This document shows, one piece after another, positions 55,292-64,000 of a DNA stretch of 64,000 nt; the stretch's first letter is position 1, and the number at the start of each line of letters is the position of its first letter. Source of the DNA: a virus (lineage: Duplodnaviria > Heunggongvirae > Uroviricota > Caudoviricetes); the IMG/VR virus record IMGVR_UViG_3300032242_001414, positions 9,079 to 73,078 of that record; one strand, written 5' to 3'. The notes below the pieces were generated by a model that was not told where the DNA came from, did no database searches, and saw only the letters and a program-made list of their open reading frames with translations. The translations under genes were made by a program, and so were the position numbers.

Positions 55292-58200
55292 ATGAAAGAT
55301 CAAATCTTAAAGATCGCTAAAGTAAAGTCTGAAAAGGAATTCTATAAGAAATATCCATCAGAAGAAGCATTTATGAAAGCTCATGGTAAAGCATTTAAGA
55401 AAGCTGCTATGGGAGCTAAAATGGTGAATACACAGTTACATCAATTAACTGACTTTGGTAATCCTCCTCAAGCACAAGTGGGTGCATACATTGGTGGTAA
55501 AGCAGACCATCCTTTTAATCCTATATCATTCAATGATTTGTTAACTAATACAAAAGCAGTGAATGCTGGTCTTACTAAAGAGGAACTTGAAAAACAAGAA
55601 ACTTTAAATAGACTTGATGGTACTAAAGGTGGACCTACTTATAAAGGAGTGAGTAGTGATCTTTCTGGTATCATTGATGTATTAGGATCTAAATCAGCTT
55701 CTACTACTAAAAATGTACCAAGTGCTGCAAATAATTATGCAGGATTGGGAGTGGATGATGATATACCAGTTCAAAAAAATGGTGGTCGTAAGTTAAAGAA
55801 AGGACAAAATGGATTAGATACTTTTGGTATTGGTAAAATGTTAGGAACTGCTTTCCAAAATCAAGGAGGTCTTGGTACTGGACTTGCTAATATAATTAAA
55901 CCAGGATTAGGTACTAACATTATGAATGTTGGTGCTGAAGGTGCATTAGGTGCACAAGGTGCTGGTGCAATGGCTGGTGCTGAGGCTGCTGGTCTTGGTA
56001 TAGTGAATGCTGTTCCACAAATATTACAAGGGGCTGGACAAATTGAACAACAACATGCTAATATTGCTAAAGCAAATCAATTTTCAAAGATTAGTAATTT
56101 AACAGCTTCTGCTCTTGAATCTGCACCAGATAGAGCTAAACGTAGATATGTTAGACCTGAAGATGCATTAGTACAACCTGGACAATTAGGTTCTCCTCAA
56201 GGAGTTGGTACAAACTATTTATCTGCTCAGAACGGTAGATCAATTGGTGGTAATCCAACTGAGATACAAAATACATATGCTCCTGGTAATCTATATGGAG
56301 ATCTTGGATATGAGCCTTTAAATGATAGCAATCCTAAACAATATGCTTATGGTGGTAATATTCCTACAGCAGAGTTTGGAGAATACTTCCAAGATTCTGG
56401 TCAAGCTTCTATAGGTAAAGGAATTGGATCTGCAGTGGGTACAGCATTCTTTGGACCTGTTGGTGGTGCTGTTGGTGGATTCTTAGGTGGTGTAGCTGGT
56501 AACTTATTTGGTGGTGTAGATGATGCTAGAAAGCTACAACATTATCAAGATCTTGGTAGAATAAATACACAAAGAGCTGCATGGGCACAGGGAGCAAATG
56601 CTATACATGCACAGAATGCGAATGTAATGAAAGATGGTGGATATACAGATGATGATCATGGATGGGTTAGCAATGGTTGGAATCCTCAAGTGATTACTCA
56701 CTTTGGTGATTTAAATGTATCTCAAGTGCACAACTTTGCACATCAAGGAATGGATACATTAAGAGCTGGTGGACATTTAAAAGAATACACACCTCCTAGT
56801 GCAGAAGCTATGTACACAGGAAGAGATCAATATGCTATGGGTGGAGATTTACAAACTCATTGGGGAGGTAAAGCTGAAACCCTATCTCACAATCCTTATT
56901 TACCAGATGGTGGAGAAACTGTAATGTTTAGAGGACAATCTCATGATGAAACAGATGGTAAAGGAAGAAGTGGTATAGGTGTTACCTATGGTGATAATCC
57001 TGTAGAAGTGGAAAGAGGTGAACCAGCTGTTAAGTTACAAGATGGTGGTAATGCAGGTGATGATAACTTAGTGGTATTTGGTAACATGATGATTCCTAAT
57101 TATGGTGTATCAGAAATTGGAGATAAAAAAGCTAGTGGTAAGAAGTTTAAAAACTATGTTGCTGACTTAAGTAAGAAAGAAGCAAAACACAATAAAACTA
57201 TTGAAAAGGCTACAGATATAGTAAACAATGCAAATGGTACTGATCCATTTGATCAACTATCTCTTAACGCTGGTAAAGCAATGATTATGGGAGCAAATCT
57301 TAAATTAAAAGATATAGCTGATAAGAAACAAAAAGCAGCTATGGTACAGAATGCTATTCTTGATACAGCAGCAGAGTTTGGTGTAGAAAGTGATGGTTTA
57401 GCTAAAGGTAAGTTAAGACCTATTAAAGACCCTTCTATTGGTAAAGATGGTAAGAAGTTAAAGAAAGCTCAAGTAGGTTGGCATCCAGAATGGAATGATG
57501 CTCAAGGAACAACAACACCACCTTATCAGGGTATACCTATGTTAACTGCTATTAATGCAGATCCTTCATTTGAAGTACCTCGTCTTGGAATAGGACAACC
57601 AAGAACAACTATTCCTTATGATCCAATGTATCCAGGAGAGATTATAAAAGCTGATCAGCCTAAATTACCTAGTGCACCAACAAGTATTGATCCTGCTGTT
57701 TTAAATAGAAGTTTAGCTGCTTTGAAAAAATTAAAACCTACTAAAGATAAAGGTAAAGGATTTGGTTGGGAAGATGCTACACAATCATTATTAAGTGCAT
57801 ATCCATTCTTTAGACCTACAAATCAATTACCTCTTGATCCTAGTCAGTTAATGGGTGAAATGTATGCATTGGGTAGCAATCAGTTAGAAGGAGTGAAAGC
57901 TCAGACATACCAACCAATGTTAGATCAACCTTATGATATATCTTTACAAGACCAATTGAATTCTATTGATTCTCAGGCTAGAGCTGCTATTTTAGCTGCT
58001 GGTCAAGATCCTTCTGCTCAGTCAGTTATTATGGCTCAAGCTGCTGATGCTAAGAATAAAGTGTTAGGAGAACAATTTAGAGCTAATCAAGTTAATAAGG
58101 CTGCTGTATATCAAGCTAATAGACAAGCTATTAATCAAGCTCAATTACAAAATTTGGGAATCCTTGATAATCAATATGTTAGACAAGAAACAGCTAAGTC

Positions 58201-58531
58201 TAAAACTAAAGCTGAGACATTTGCTGCTCTTGAATCTATTAGTGATAAGATTGCTAAGAACAAGCTTGAGAACAGAACATTAGGTATTACAGAGAATATG
58301 TACAACTACAGATTTGATCCTCAAGGTAGAGCTTATAACATTAACAATCCTGCTCAGTTTGCTATTCCTTCAGTAGGAATATCAGATCCTGACTTAACAG
58401 ATAATGGTGCACCTGCTGGAACAGTTCCAGTGATTGGTGCTAATGGACAAGTTACAGCATATAAGGTAATTAAGCCAACTACTACTAAAAAAAGAAACGG
58501 ATCTATTGTTAAAGCTATAAAAAATCTATAA
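55292..58531 (+). CDS. giant virion-module protein (1079 aa) with Gly/Ala-rich segment
   Basis: GLGTGLANIIKPGLGTNIMNVGAEGALGAQGAGAMAGAEAAGLGIVNAV hydrophobic Gly/Ala-rich stretch; recurring xGG motifs (QKNGGRKLKKG, AYGGNIPT, AMGGDLQTHWGG, LQDGGNAGDD). Confidence 0.6.
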   Translation: MKDQILKIAKVKSEKEFYKKYPSEEAFMKAHGKAFKKAAMGAKMVNTQLHQLTDFGNPPQAQVGAYIGGKADHPFNPISFNDLLTNTKAVNAGLTKEELEKQETLNRLDGTKGGPTYKGVSSDLSGIIDVLGSKSASTTKNVPSAANNYAGLGVDDDIPVQKNGGRKLKKGQNGLDTFGIGKMLGTAFQNQGGLGTGLANIIKPGLGTNIMNVGAEGALGAQGAGAMAGAEAAGLGIVNAVPQILQGAGQIEQQHANIAKANQFSKISNLTASALESAPDRAKRRYVRPEDALVQPGQLGSPQGVGTNYLSAQNGRSIGGNPTEIQNTYAPGNLYGDLGYEPLNDSNPKQYAYGGNIPTAEFGEYFQDSGQASIGKGIGSAVGTAFFGPVGGAVGGFLGGVAGNLFGGVDDARKLQHYQDLGRINTQRAAWAQGANAIHAQNANVMKDGGYTDDDHGWVSNGWNPQVITHFGDLNVSQVHNFAHQGMDTLRAGGHLKEYTPPSAEAMYTGRDQYAMGGDLQTHWGGKAETLSHNPYLPDGGETVMFRGQSHDETDGKGRSGIGVTYGDNPVEVERGEPAVKLQDGGNAGDDNLVVFGNMMIPNYGVSEIGDKKASGKKFKNYVADLSKKEAKHNKTIEKATDIVNNANGTDPFDQLSLNAGKAMIMGANLKLKDIADKKQKAAMVQNAILDTAAEFGVESDGLAKGKLRPIKDPSIGKDGKKLKKAQVGWHPEWNDAQGTTTPPYQGIPMLTAINADPSFEVPRLGIGQPRTTIPYDPMYPGEIIKADQPKLPSAPTSIDPAVLNRSLAALKKLKPTKDKGKGFGWEDATQSLLSAYPFFRPTNQLPLDPSQLMGEMYALGSNQLEGVKAQTYQPMLDQPYDISLQDQLNSIDSQARAAILAAGQDPSAQSVIMAQAADAKNKVLGEQFRANQVNKAAVYQANRQAINQAQLQNLGILDNQYVRQETAKSKTKAETFAALESISDKIAKNKLENRTLGITENMYNYRFDPQGRAYNINNPAQFAIPSVGISDPDLTDNGAPAGTVPVIGANGQVTAYKVIKPTTTKKRNGSIVKAIKNL

Positions 58532-58617
58532 TCAAACCAGTTATACCAAATTAACAAAATCTATTATTGTTCTTGGTATTTCTGATATTTTAATTTACAT
58601 TTGCTAATTCTTATATT

Positions 58618-61305
58618 ATGGCCTCATTTACAGACGAAATATCAAAATTTAATCCCTACGTACAGCAGTTACCTATTGATGCTATGACCCAAGTGGGCAT
58701 GTACAAGCAACAACAGTATGACCAAGGTGTGCAAAAGATTCAAGGTTATATTGATAATATAGCTGGAATGGATGTTACTGATAAGCATAAGCCTTATTTA
58801 CAATCTAAACTTGATGAGTTAGGTGGGAAATTAAGAACTGTTGCTGCTGGGGATTTCTCTAACCAGCAATTAGTTAACTCTGTAGGAGGTATGGCTACTC
58901 AAATAGTTAAAGATCCTATAGTTCAGAATGCTGTTTATTCTACTCAGGTGTTAAGAAAAGGAGATGCTGATAGAGAAGCTGCCATTAAAGCAGGTAAATC
59001 TAATCCTAATAATGATGCTTTCTGGGATAGTCAAAAAGCTGAATGGTTAAATGATGGAAATATTAAATCTCGTTTTAATAGTAGATATATAGAACATTGG
59101 GATGTAGATAAGAAACTTACAGATAGAGCTGAGAAGATATTAAGTCACCCAGATGTATATAGTACAGAGAATGTATATATGCGTGATCCTCAAGGAAACA
59201 CATTATATTTTGGAACAGAAACAGTAAAAGATCCTAAAACTGGTAAAACAGTGATAGATCCTAAAACTAAAAAAGCTGTAACTCGTCAAACTGTTTCTAC
59301 AGATCCTAGTCAAGGAAAACCTGAAATAGATGCAGCTATAAATAAGATTTCTATAAAGGGAATATCTGCTGAGAAGTTATACAATAATTTCTTAGATAGT
59401 TTAGATGCTAAAGATGCTCAACAATTAAGAATAGATTCTTGGGCTAAATATAGAGGTGTTACAATGGAATCATTTGCACCAGATATAATCAAAGCTTATG
59501 AAGGTAGAAAGAAGTTACAGTCTCAAGAAATAGTTAACTTATCTTCAGCATTATCAAATCCAAACTTAACATCTGAACAACAAAATATACTTAGAGCTAG
59601 ATTGACAGATCTTCAGAGTAATGAAAAAAATGGTACATTAGATAAAGAATTAAATGCTACATTAGAAGGACTTAAAGATCCTGCTAAATTAGAAAGCTTT
59701 AAAGAACATATATACACACAAAAACATTTAATGGACATGGCAAATGACATGTCTTATAAAAGTTACGAGCAAGAATATAAGAATAATCCATATATGCAAG
59801 TGTATATGGAAAAGCAAAGATTAAACTTTGATATGCAAAAAGCTGCAGATGAAAGTCGTCATAGATGGGCAACATATGATTTAGCTAAAGATAAAGCTAA
59901 TTGGGATAAATATACTTGGTCAGAAGAATTTAGATTTAAAACAGATAAAGAAAAGAAAGAGTGGCTTGAGAAACATCCAGATCCAGTGATTACAACATCT
60001 ACAACTCCTAACACTGCTGTTCCTAAAACAGTGGAAGATCAATGGAAGATTGCTGGTGATGCTGCAAATAAGATGAAAACAATACAAAATGATTATGCAG
60101 AAACATTGTTTCCAGGAATGACTTATGATCAAAAACAAAAAGGATTTTCAGATTTGTTAGAAAAATATCATACAAACCCTACAGGAAATTATAGTCCTGA
60201 TGAAAAGAATTTCTTAAAGGAATATTATGATGCTAATAATGAAATGCTAAATGCATCTAAATTAGGCACTGCTGCTGAAAAATTAGAAAAGGAAGCAAAG
60301 ACTAATGCATACAAAAGTCTACCACCACTTGCTGGATATTCAGGAGAGGATGTTGGAAAGTTATCTGAATTTATAAATGACTATAGATTTGAAGGACAAG
60401 CTATTCCAGTTGCTGGTCCTTTATTGGAAAAGTTAAAAACTTACAAGAATGGTCAATATGCATCACTTGCTCCACTTTTACAAAAATGGGTAAATGGATT
60501 TGGATATAATGGTACTCCTAGTGCTGAGGATAAGAAAGTTAATAGTACAATTGAGAATCTAAATTCAAATAAAACTATTAGTAAAGCATCTGATGAAGCA
60601 CAGAAAAAAATTGCAGACTTCTTAGCTAAAAATACTCCAAAGAAAACTGCACAATATGAAGCACTTGATGTAGAAACAAATAAAGATCAACAAGCTGCTG
60701 TTAATAAATATCTTACATCAGTAGCAATTAATGATGCTAATACTGGTAATAAAGCTGGAGCTTCTGAAGTATTAAGTTGGGATACAGAAAAAGGTGCTGG
60801 TAAAACAAAATTTAGTGTAAAGAAAAATGATGATGGTACCACTGAAATGGTAGCAGTTAAAGGAGATGGATCAAAGACAATCACTCTTCCTATGAACTAT
60901 GACCAACAAGCATATTTTCCAGAAGTAAGAGCATTTAGTCCATATGCTCAATACAAAGATTATATAGAACGTTCTCCTAATAGAACTACAGACATGTTGG
61001 ATAAAAGAACTCCTCAAGTTGATCCTGCTCATGCTGTAAGTGCAATAATAACAGGGTTTGATGTTCCTGGATTAAAGAATGACTCTATAGCTCCATTAGT
61101 TAGATTTACTATAGAAGGGAATAAGAAGAATGATGGAAGTGCTAATGATAGATATCTTTTGAATATGTTTGTTAAAGATCCTAATTCACCAATATGGAAA
61201 GCACAAAGAATTACTCCTGACTATGTTCCATTTGGGGGCATAGAAAATATACTAAATGCAGTAAATAAAGATGCTTATAATGAAGCATTAAAAACTTGGA
61301 AATAA
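58618..61305 (+). CDS. large Lys-rich coiled-coil virion-module protein (895 aa)
   Basis: ORF track; highly charged; candidate internal/ejected or tail assembly protein. Confidence 0.55.
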   Translation: MASFTDEISKFNPYVQQLPIDAMTQVGMYKQQQYDQGVQKIQGYIDNIAGMDVTDKHKPYLQSKLDELGGKLRTVAAGDFSNQQLVNSVGGMATQIVKDPIVQNAVYSTQVLRKGDADREAAIKAGKSNPNNDAFWDSQKAEWLNDGNIKSRFNSRYIEHWDVDKKLTDRAEKILSHPDVYSTENVYMRDPQGNTLYFGTETVKDPKTGKTVIDPKTKKAVTRQTVSTDPSQGKPEIDAAINKISIKGISAEKLYNNFLDSLDAKDAQQLRIDSWAKYRGVTMESFAPDIIKAYEGRKKLQSQEIVNLSSALSNPNLTSEQQNILRARLTDLQSNEKNGTLDKELNATLEGLKDPAKLESFKEHIYTQKHLMDMANDMSYKSYEQEYKNNPYMQVYMEKQRLNFDMQKAADESRHRWATYDLAKDKANWDKYTWSEEFRFKTDKEKKEWLEKHPDPVITTSTTPNTAVPKTVEDQWKIAGDAANKMKTIQNDYAETLFPGMTYDQKQKGFSDLLEKYHTNPTGNYSPDEKNFLKEYYDANNEMLNASKLGTAAEKLEKEAKTNAYKSLPPLAGYSGEDVGKLSEFINDYRFEGQAIPVAGPLLEKLKTYKNGQYASLAPLLQKWVNGFGYNGTPSAEDKKVNSTIENLNSNKTISKASDEAQKKIADFLAKNTPKKTAQYEALDVETNKDQQAAVNKYLTSVAINDANTGNKAGASEVLSWDTEKGAGKTKFSVKKNDDGTTEMVAVKGDGSKTITLPMNYDQQAYFPEVRAFSPYAQYKDYIERSPNRTTDMLDKRTPQVDPAHAVSAIITGFDVPGLKNDSIAPLVRFTIEGNKKNDGSANDRYLLNMFVKDPNSPIWKAQRITPDYVPFGGIENILNAVNKDAYNEALKTWK

Positions 61306-61306
61306 T

Positions 61307-64000
61307 ATGGCAACCAGTAACGATAAGTTAATTGAGAATGAACATTTACCAATGGACCCAACATTGGGAGGGCCTCATGTTGATTTAAGGTCTCCTAATC
61401 AATTGCCTTTAGGTAATTTTATTCCTGGTGAACCTAATCCTGGTCCTATATATGCTCCTGTAAGTCAAAGAGGATATAGTCTTGCAGAACTTGCACAGAT
61501 GGGCAATATGCCTGGTCCTGGAGGATTTGCTCAACCTTTTCAATCTATTCCTGAAAGTGAACTTCTTGCTAACCAACGCTATCCTATATATGGAAGAGGG
61601 GTTGGTGATTTAGAAGACATTAATGCACAACAACAAACCTGGTATGGTAACCTTGGAAGAGGTGTAGTTAAAGGTGTTGCTAGAGCTATTGGTACAGTTG
61701 CTTCAAGTTTTACAAATATTCCTAATACTATCTCTGCTATTAAGAATGGTGATATATCTAAACTATCAGGAGACCCTGATGGATATGAAGGAGCTGTGGA
61801 TACTTGGGTAAACAATTTAGATACTTGGATGCCTACTTATCAATCTAAAGCTGCTAAAGATCATCCTTATTATAGTTTTATTCCTTTTACAGAAGGGAGT
61901 TCTTATGCATGGGGTGAGAAGTTTATACCTAACTTAGGTTTTATGGGTGGTGCTATTGCAGGTGCTGCTATACAAGATCTTGCTATAGGTGCTGTAACAG
62001 AAGGAGTGGGTGAGATTCCATTAATAGGTGCTCAAATTGGTAAAGCTTCTTTATGGTTAAATAAAGCATTTAGTGCTGAAACTAAATTAGGTAGAGCATT
62101 AGGAGCTACAGAACTTTCTCAAATAACTAGACTTAATAACTTAGCAACAGATTTAGGAAAGAGTGAAAGCTTTATTCTTAATATGAATAAGGTAGCTCAG
62201 TTAGCTGCAGCAAGTAGAGTGAATAATGCTTTTAGATATGGTATGGCTATCTATGGTTCTTCTATGACAGAAGCATCTATGGAGTCTAGAGATGGATATA
62301 AAAAGATTAAAGATGAATTAGTTAATCAATATAAGTTTGATCATTTTAATCAAGAACCAAGTGGTGCAGATTTACAAGAAATAGAAACATATGCTAGAGC
62401 TGGTATGAATACCAGATTTGGTATTAACATGGCATTATTAACTGCATCTAATACATTGATGTTTGGTAACTTATACAAATCAATGATTAATGGTGGAGCA
62501 GGTGCTATCACTGGTAGCTTACAACAAAGTATTGAGGGAGCAGGTAAGATAGGATTACAAGAAGGTAGTCTTGATGTATTTGAAAAGAAAGCTGCTAAAA
62601 CAATTGCTGGAAGAGTTTGGGATTCTGTTAAACCAACTGTTTCTACAATGTTTGCAGAAGGTGTATATGAAGAGGGTGGACAGTTTGCTGCTGAGAGAGG
62701 TACATATGATTACTATACAAGAAAGTATAAAGCTGATAAGAATAAAGAAACTTGGGATAGCTTAAACCAAGTTATCAAGTCTACTGTATATGGTATGAAC
62801 CAACAGTTTGGTACTCAAGAGGGTATTGAAAATATGTTGATTGGTTCTCTTACAGGATTAATTGTAGGTACTGGTGAGCATATATATGATAATTATAAAG
62901 GAGTAGGTACTAATGCTAGATTAGCTAATGCTATTAATATTGTTAATAGATATGGTGTAACTGGAACATTAAAGCAAATGTACGATAGTACATTAACTTC
63001 TGCTGGTATTGCTAGAGAGATGGAAGCAGCAAATGCTTCTGGTGATGTATTTAAATTTAAGAACTTACAAGAAGATCAGTTCTTTAATTTTGTACAATCA
63101 CGTATTCCTGCTGGAATGCATGATGTAACAATTGAGCAATTAAAAATGCTTAAAGATCTTCCTAAAGAAGAGTTTGAAAAGTTATTCCAATTAGATTGGA
63201 ATGCTACAAATAAAACAACTGTAGGGGAATATGTAGATAACTTAATTGCTAAAGCAAATGAAATTAAATCCACTACAGATTTAATTGATAAAAGCTTTAA
63301 GAATCCATTTAAGAATGCTCCTGATTTTAATAACTTAGATACAGTTATTGAAGCTGACAATCATAACAGATTTGAAGATTACAAAACTGATTTAACATAT
63401 TATGCTACTACAGCTCAAGCTGTAAACAATAGAATAAACTCTGTTCAAAATTCTATCAATGGTATTAATCCTTTGATTAGCACTGACTTAGTTAGTCAAC
63501 TTACTAACAAAGAAAGATTAACAGAGTTACGTGATTTCTATGAGCAAAAGGCTGCTAACTTAAATAAGACAATCACTGAATACACTAGTCCTGTTGATAG
63601 AAAATCAACTAGAGATCAAGTTAAAGCTTTACGTACAAACTCTGAAAGAATCAATCTTCTTTTAAATAACAATCAAGTGGATGAAAAAACATTTGAGAAG
63701 TTATTGAACTTTGAAGTGAATGGTCAAGATGTAACTAAAGATAATGCAGTTCCTATTGGTAGTGCTGCTGAATTGTTACAATATGGTATTGATGTTAACA
63801 GATTGAATAATAGAAAAGAAAGAGCATCTAAAGCTTATGATGAGTTAACTACTAAAGAAGGCTTTGAGAAATACTTTGAACAAGCTGATCAAATACAAGA
63901 AGATTTAACTAATAGAGTTGAGGAAGAAGAAAAAGCTGATGAGGAAAAGAAACAAAAAGAAGAGGAAACTGGTGTAACACAACCATCCACTGAACCAACT
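61307..64000 (+). CDS. large virion-module protein, 3'-partial (>898 aa, continues beyond window end)
   Basis: ATG at 61307 (MATSNDKLIENEHLP...) opens a frame with no stop to the window end; absent from the track because it is unterminated; Gly/Ala-rich hydrophobic segment FMGGAIAGAAIQDLAIGAVTEGVGEIPLIGAQIG. Confidence 0.6.
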   Translation, partial: MATSNDKLIENEHLPMDPTLGGPHVDLRSPNQLPLGNFIPGEPNPGPIYAPVSQRGYSLAELAQMGNMPGPGGFAQPFQSIPESELLANQRYPIYGRGVGDLEDINAQQQTWYGNLGRGVVKGVARAIGTVASSFTNIPNTISAIKNGDISKLSGDPDGYEGAVDTWVNNLDTWMPTYQSKAAKDHPYYSFIPFTEGSSYAWGEKFIPNLGFMGGAIAGAAIQDLAIGAVTEGVGEIPLIGAQIGKASLWLNKAFSAETKLGRALGATELSQITRLNNLATDLGKSESFILNMNKVAQLAAASRVNNAFRYGMAIYGSSMTEASMESRDGYKKIKDELVNQYKFDHFNQEPSGADLQEIETYARAGMNTRFGINMALLTASNTLMFGNLYKSMINGGAGAITGSLQQSIEGAGKIGLQEGSLDVFEKKAAKTIAGRVWDSVKPTVSTMFAEGVYEEGGQFAAERGTYDYYTRKYKADKNKETWDSLNQVIKSTVYGMNQQFGTQEGIENMLIGSLTGLIVGTGEHIYDNYKGVGTNARLANAINIVNRYGVTGTLKQMYDSTLTSAGIAREMEAANASGDVFKFKNLQEDQFFNFVQSRIPAGMHDVTIEQLKMLKDLPKEEFEKLFQLDWNATNKTTVGEYVDNLIAKANEIKSTTDLIDKSFKNPFKNAPDFNNLDTVIEADNHNRFEDYKTDLTYYATTAQAVNNRINSVQNSINGINPLISTDLVSQLTNKERLTELRDFYEQKAANLNKTITEYTSPVDRKSTRDQVKALRTNSERINLLLNNNQVDEKTFEKLLNFEVNGQDVTKDNAVPIGSAAELLQYGIDVNRLNNRKERASKAYDELTTKEGFEKYFEQADQIQEDLTNRVEEEEKADEEKKQKEEETGVTQPSTEPT

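Noticed and set aside
29160-64000. Searched the giant late proteins for a virion RNA polymerase metal-binding motif (DxDGD-type) as in crAss-like phages
   Set aside because: No such motif found on reading; only partial look-alikes (SDTGDT, AGDDN). Cannot be excluded without profile or structure searches, so not reported as a feature.
1-64000. Stop-codon reassignment (as in some Bacteroidota phages), prompted by the odd tRNA
   Set aside because: All long ORFs, including 4.4-5 kb ones, are uninterrupted under the standard code in this window.

Overview
This 64 kb window is an AT-rich (roughly two-thirds A+T), densely coding segment of a large tailed dsDNA phage genome. Long ORFs are intact under the standard genetic code. 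No Shine-Dalgarno sequences are evident, and the 1652-aa structural protein carries a Bacteroidota SprB-type repeat, so a Bacteroidota (Flavobacteriia-like) host is inferred. There are two divergently transcribed modules separated by an ~850 bp non-coding control region (24422..25270). (1) Minus strand, 1..24421: an early/replication module. It holds a possible PD-(D/E)XK nuclease (partial), an HNH endonuclease, a tRNA-like gene, a CxxCxGxG (DnaJ-type) zinc-finger protein overlapping an Hsp90-like GHKL ATPase, a UNG-family uracil-DNA-glycosylase homolog with a substituted catalytic motif, and a DUF932 protein. It also holds a TOPRIM primase-like protein, an SSB-like acidic-tailed protein, a Sak4-like ATPase, an SF2 DEAH helicase, a DnaB-like helicase, thioredoxin, an HNH/NUMOD homing endonuclease, a compact family-B DNA polymerase, an I-TevI-like GIY-YIG+HTH endonuclease, and many small hypothetical genes. 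Several of the small genes are preceded by an identical 21-nt leader. (2) Plus strand, 25271..64000: a late/structural module. It holds a partial HU-like motif protein, a zinc-ribbon protein, the terminase large subunit, a portal candidate, an acidic scaffold-like protein, the major capsid protein (distinct high-expression codon usage, downstream hairpins), and a second highly expressed structural protein with a terminator. It also holds a tail fiber with phage tail-collar motifs, a metallophosphoesterase, a 1652-aa protein with Thr-rich linkers and a SprB-like repeat, and four consecutive giant ORFs (1479, 1079, 895 and >898 aa, the last running off the window). No CRISPR array, reverse transcriptase, integrase or rRNA was seen. 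The most unusual items are the Hsp90-like ATPase paired with a DnaJ-type zinc-finger protein, the UNG homolog with GFCPYH in place of GQDPYH, conserved leader/operator motifs, a GC-rich structured island and twin G7 tracts in the control region, and a thrice-repeated GGWLDKY motif in the 1479-aa protein.
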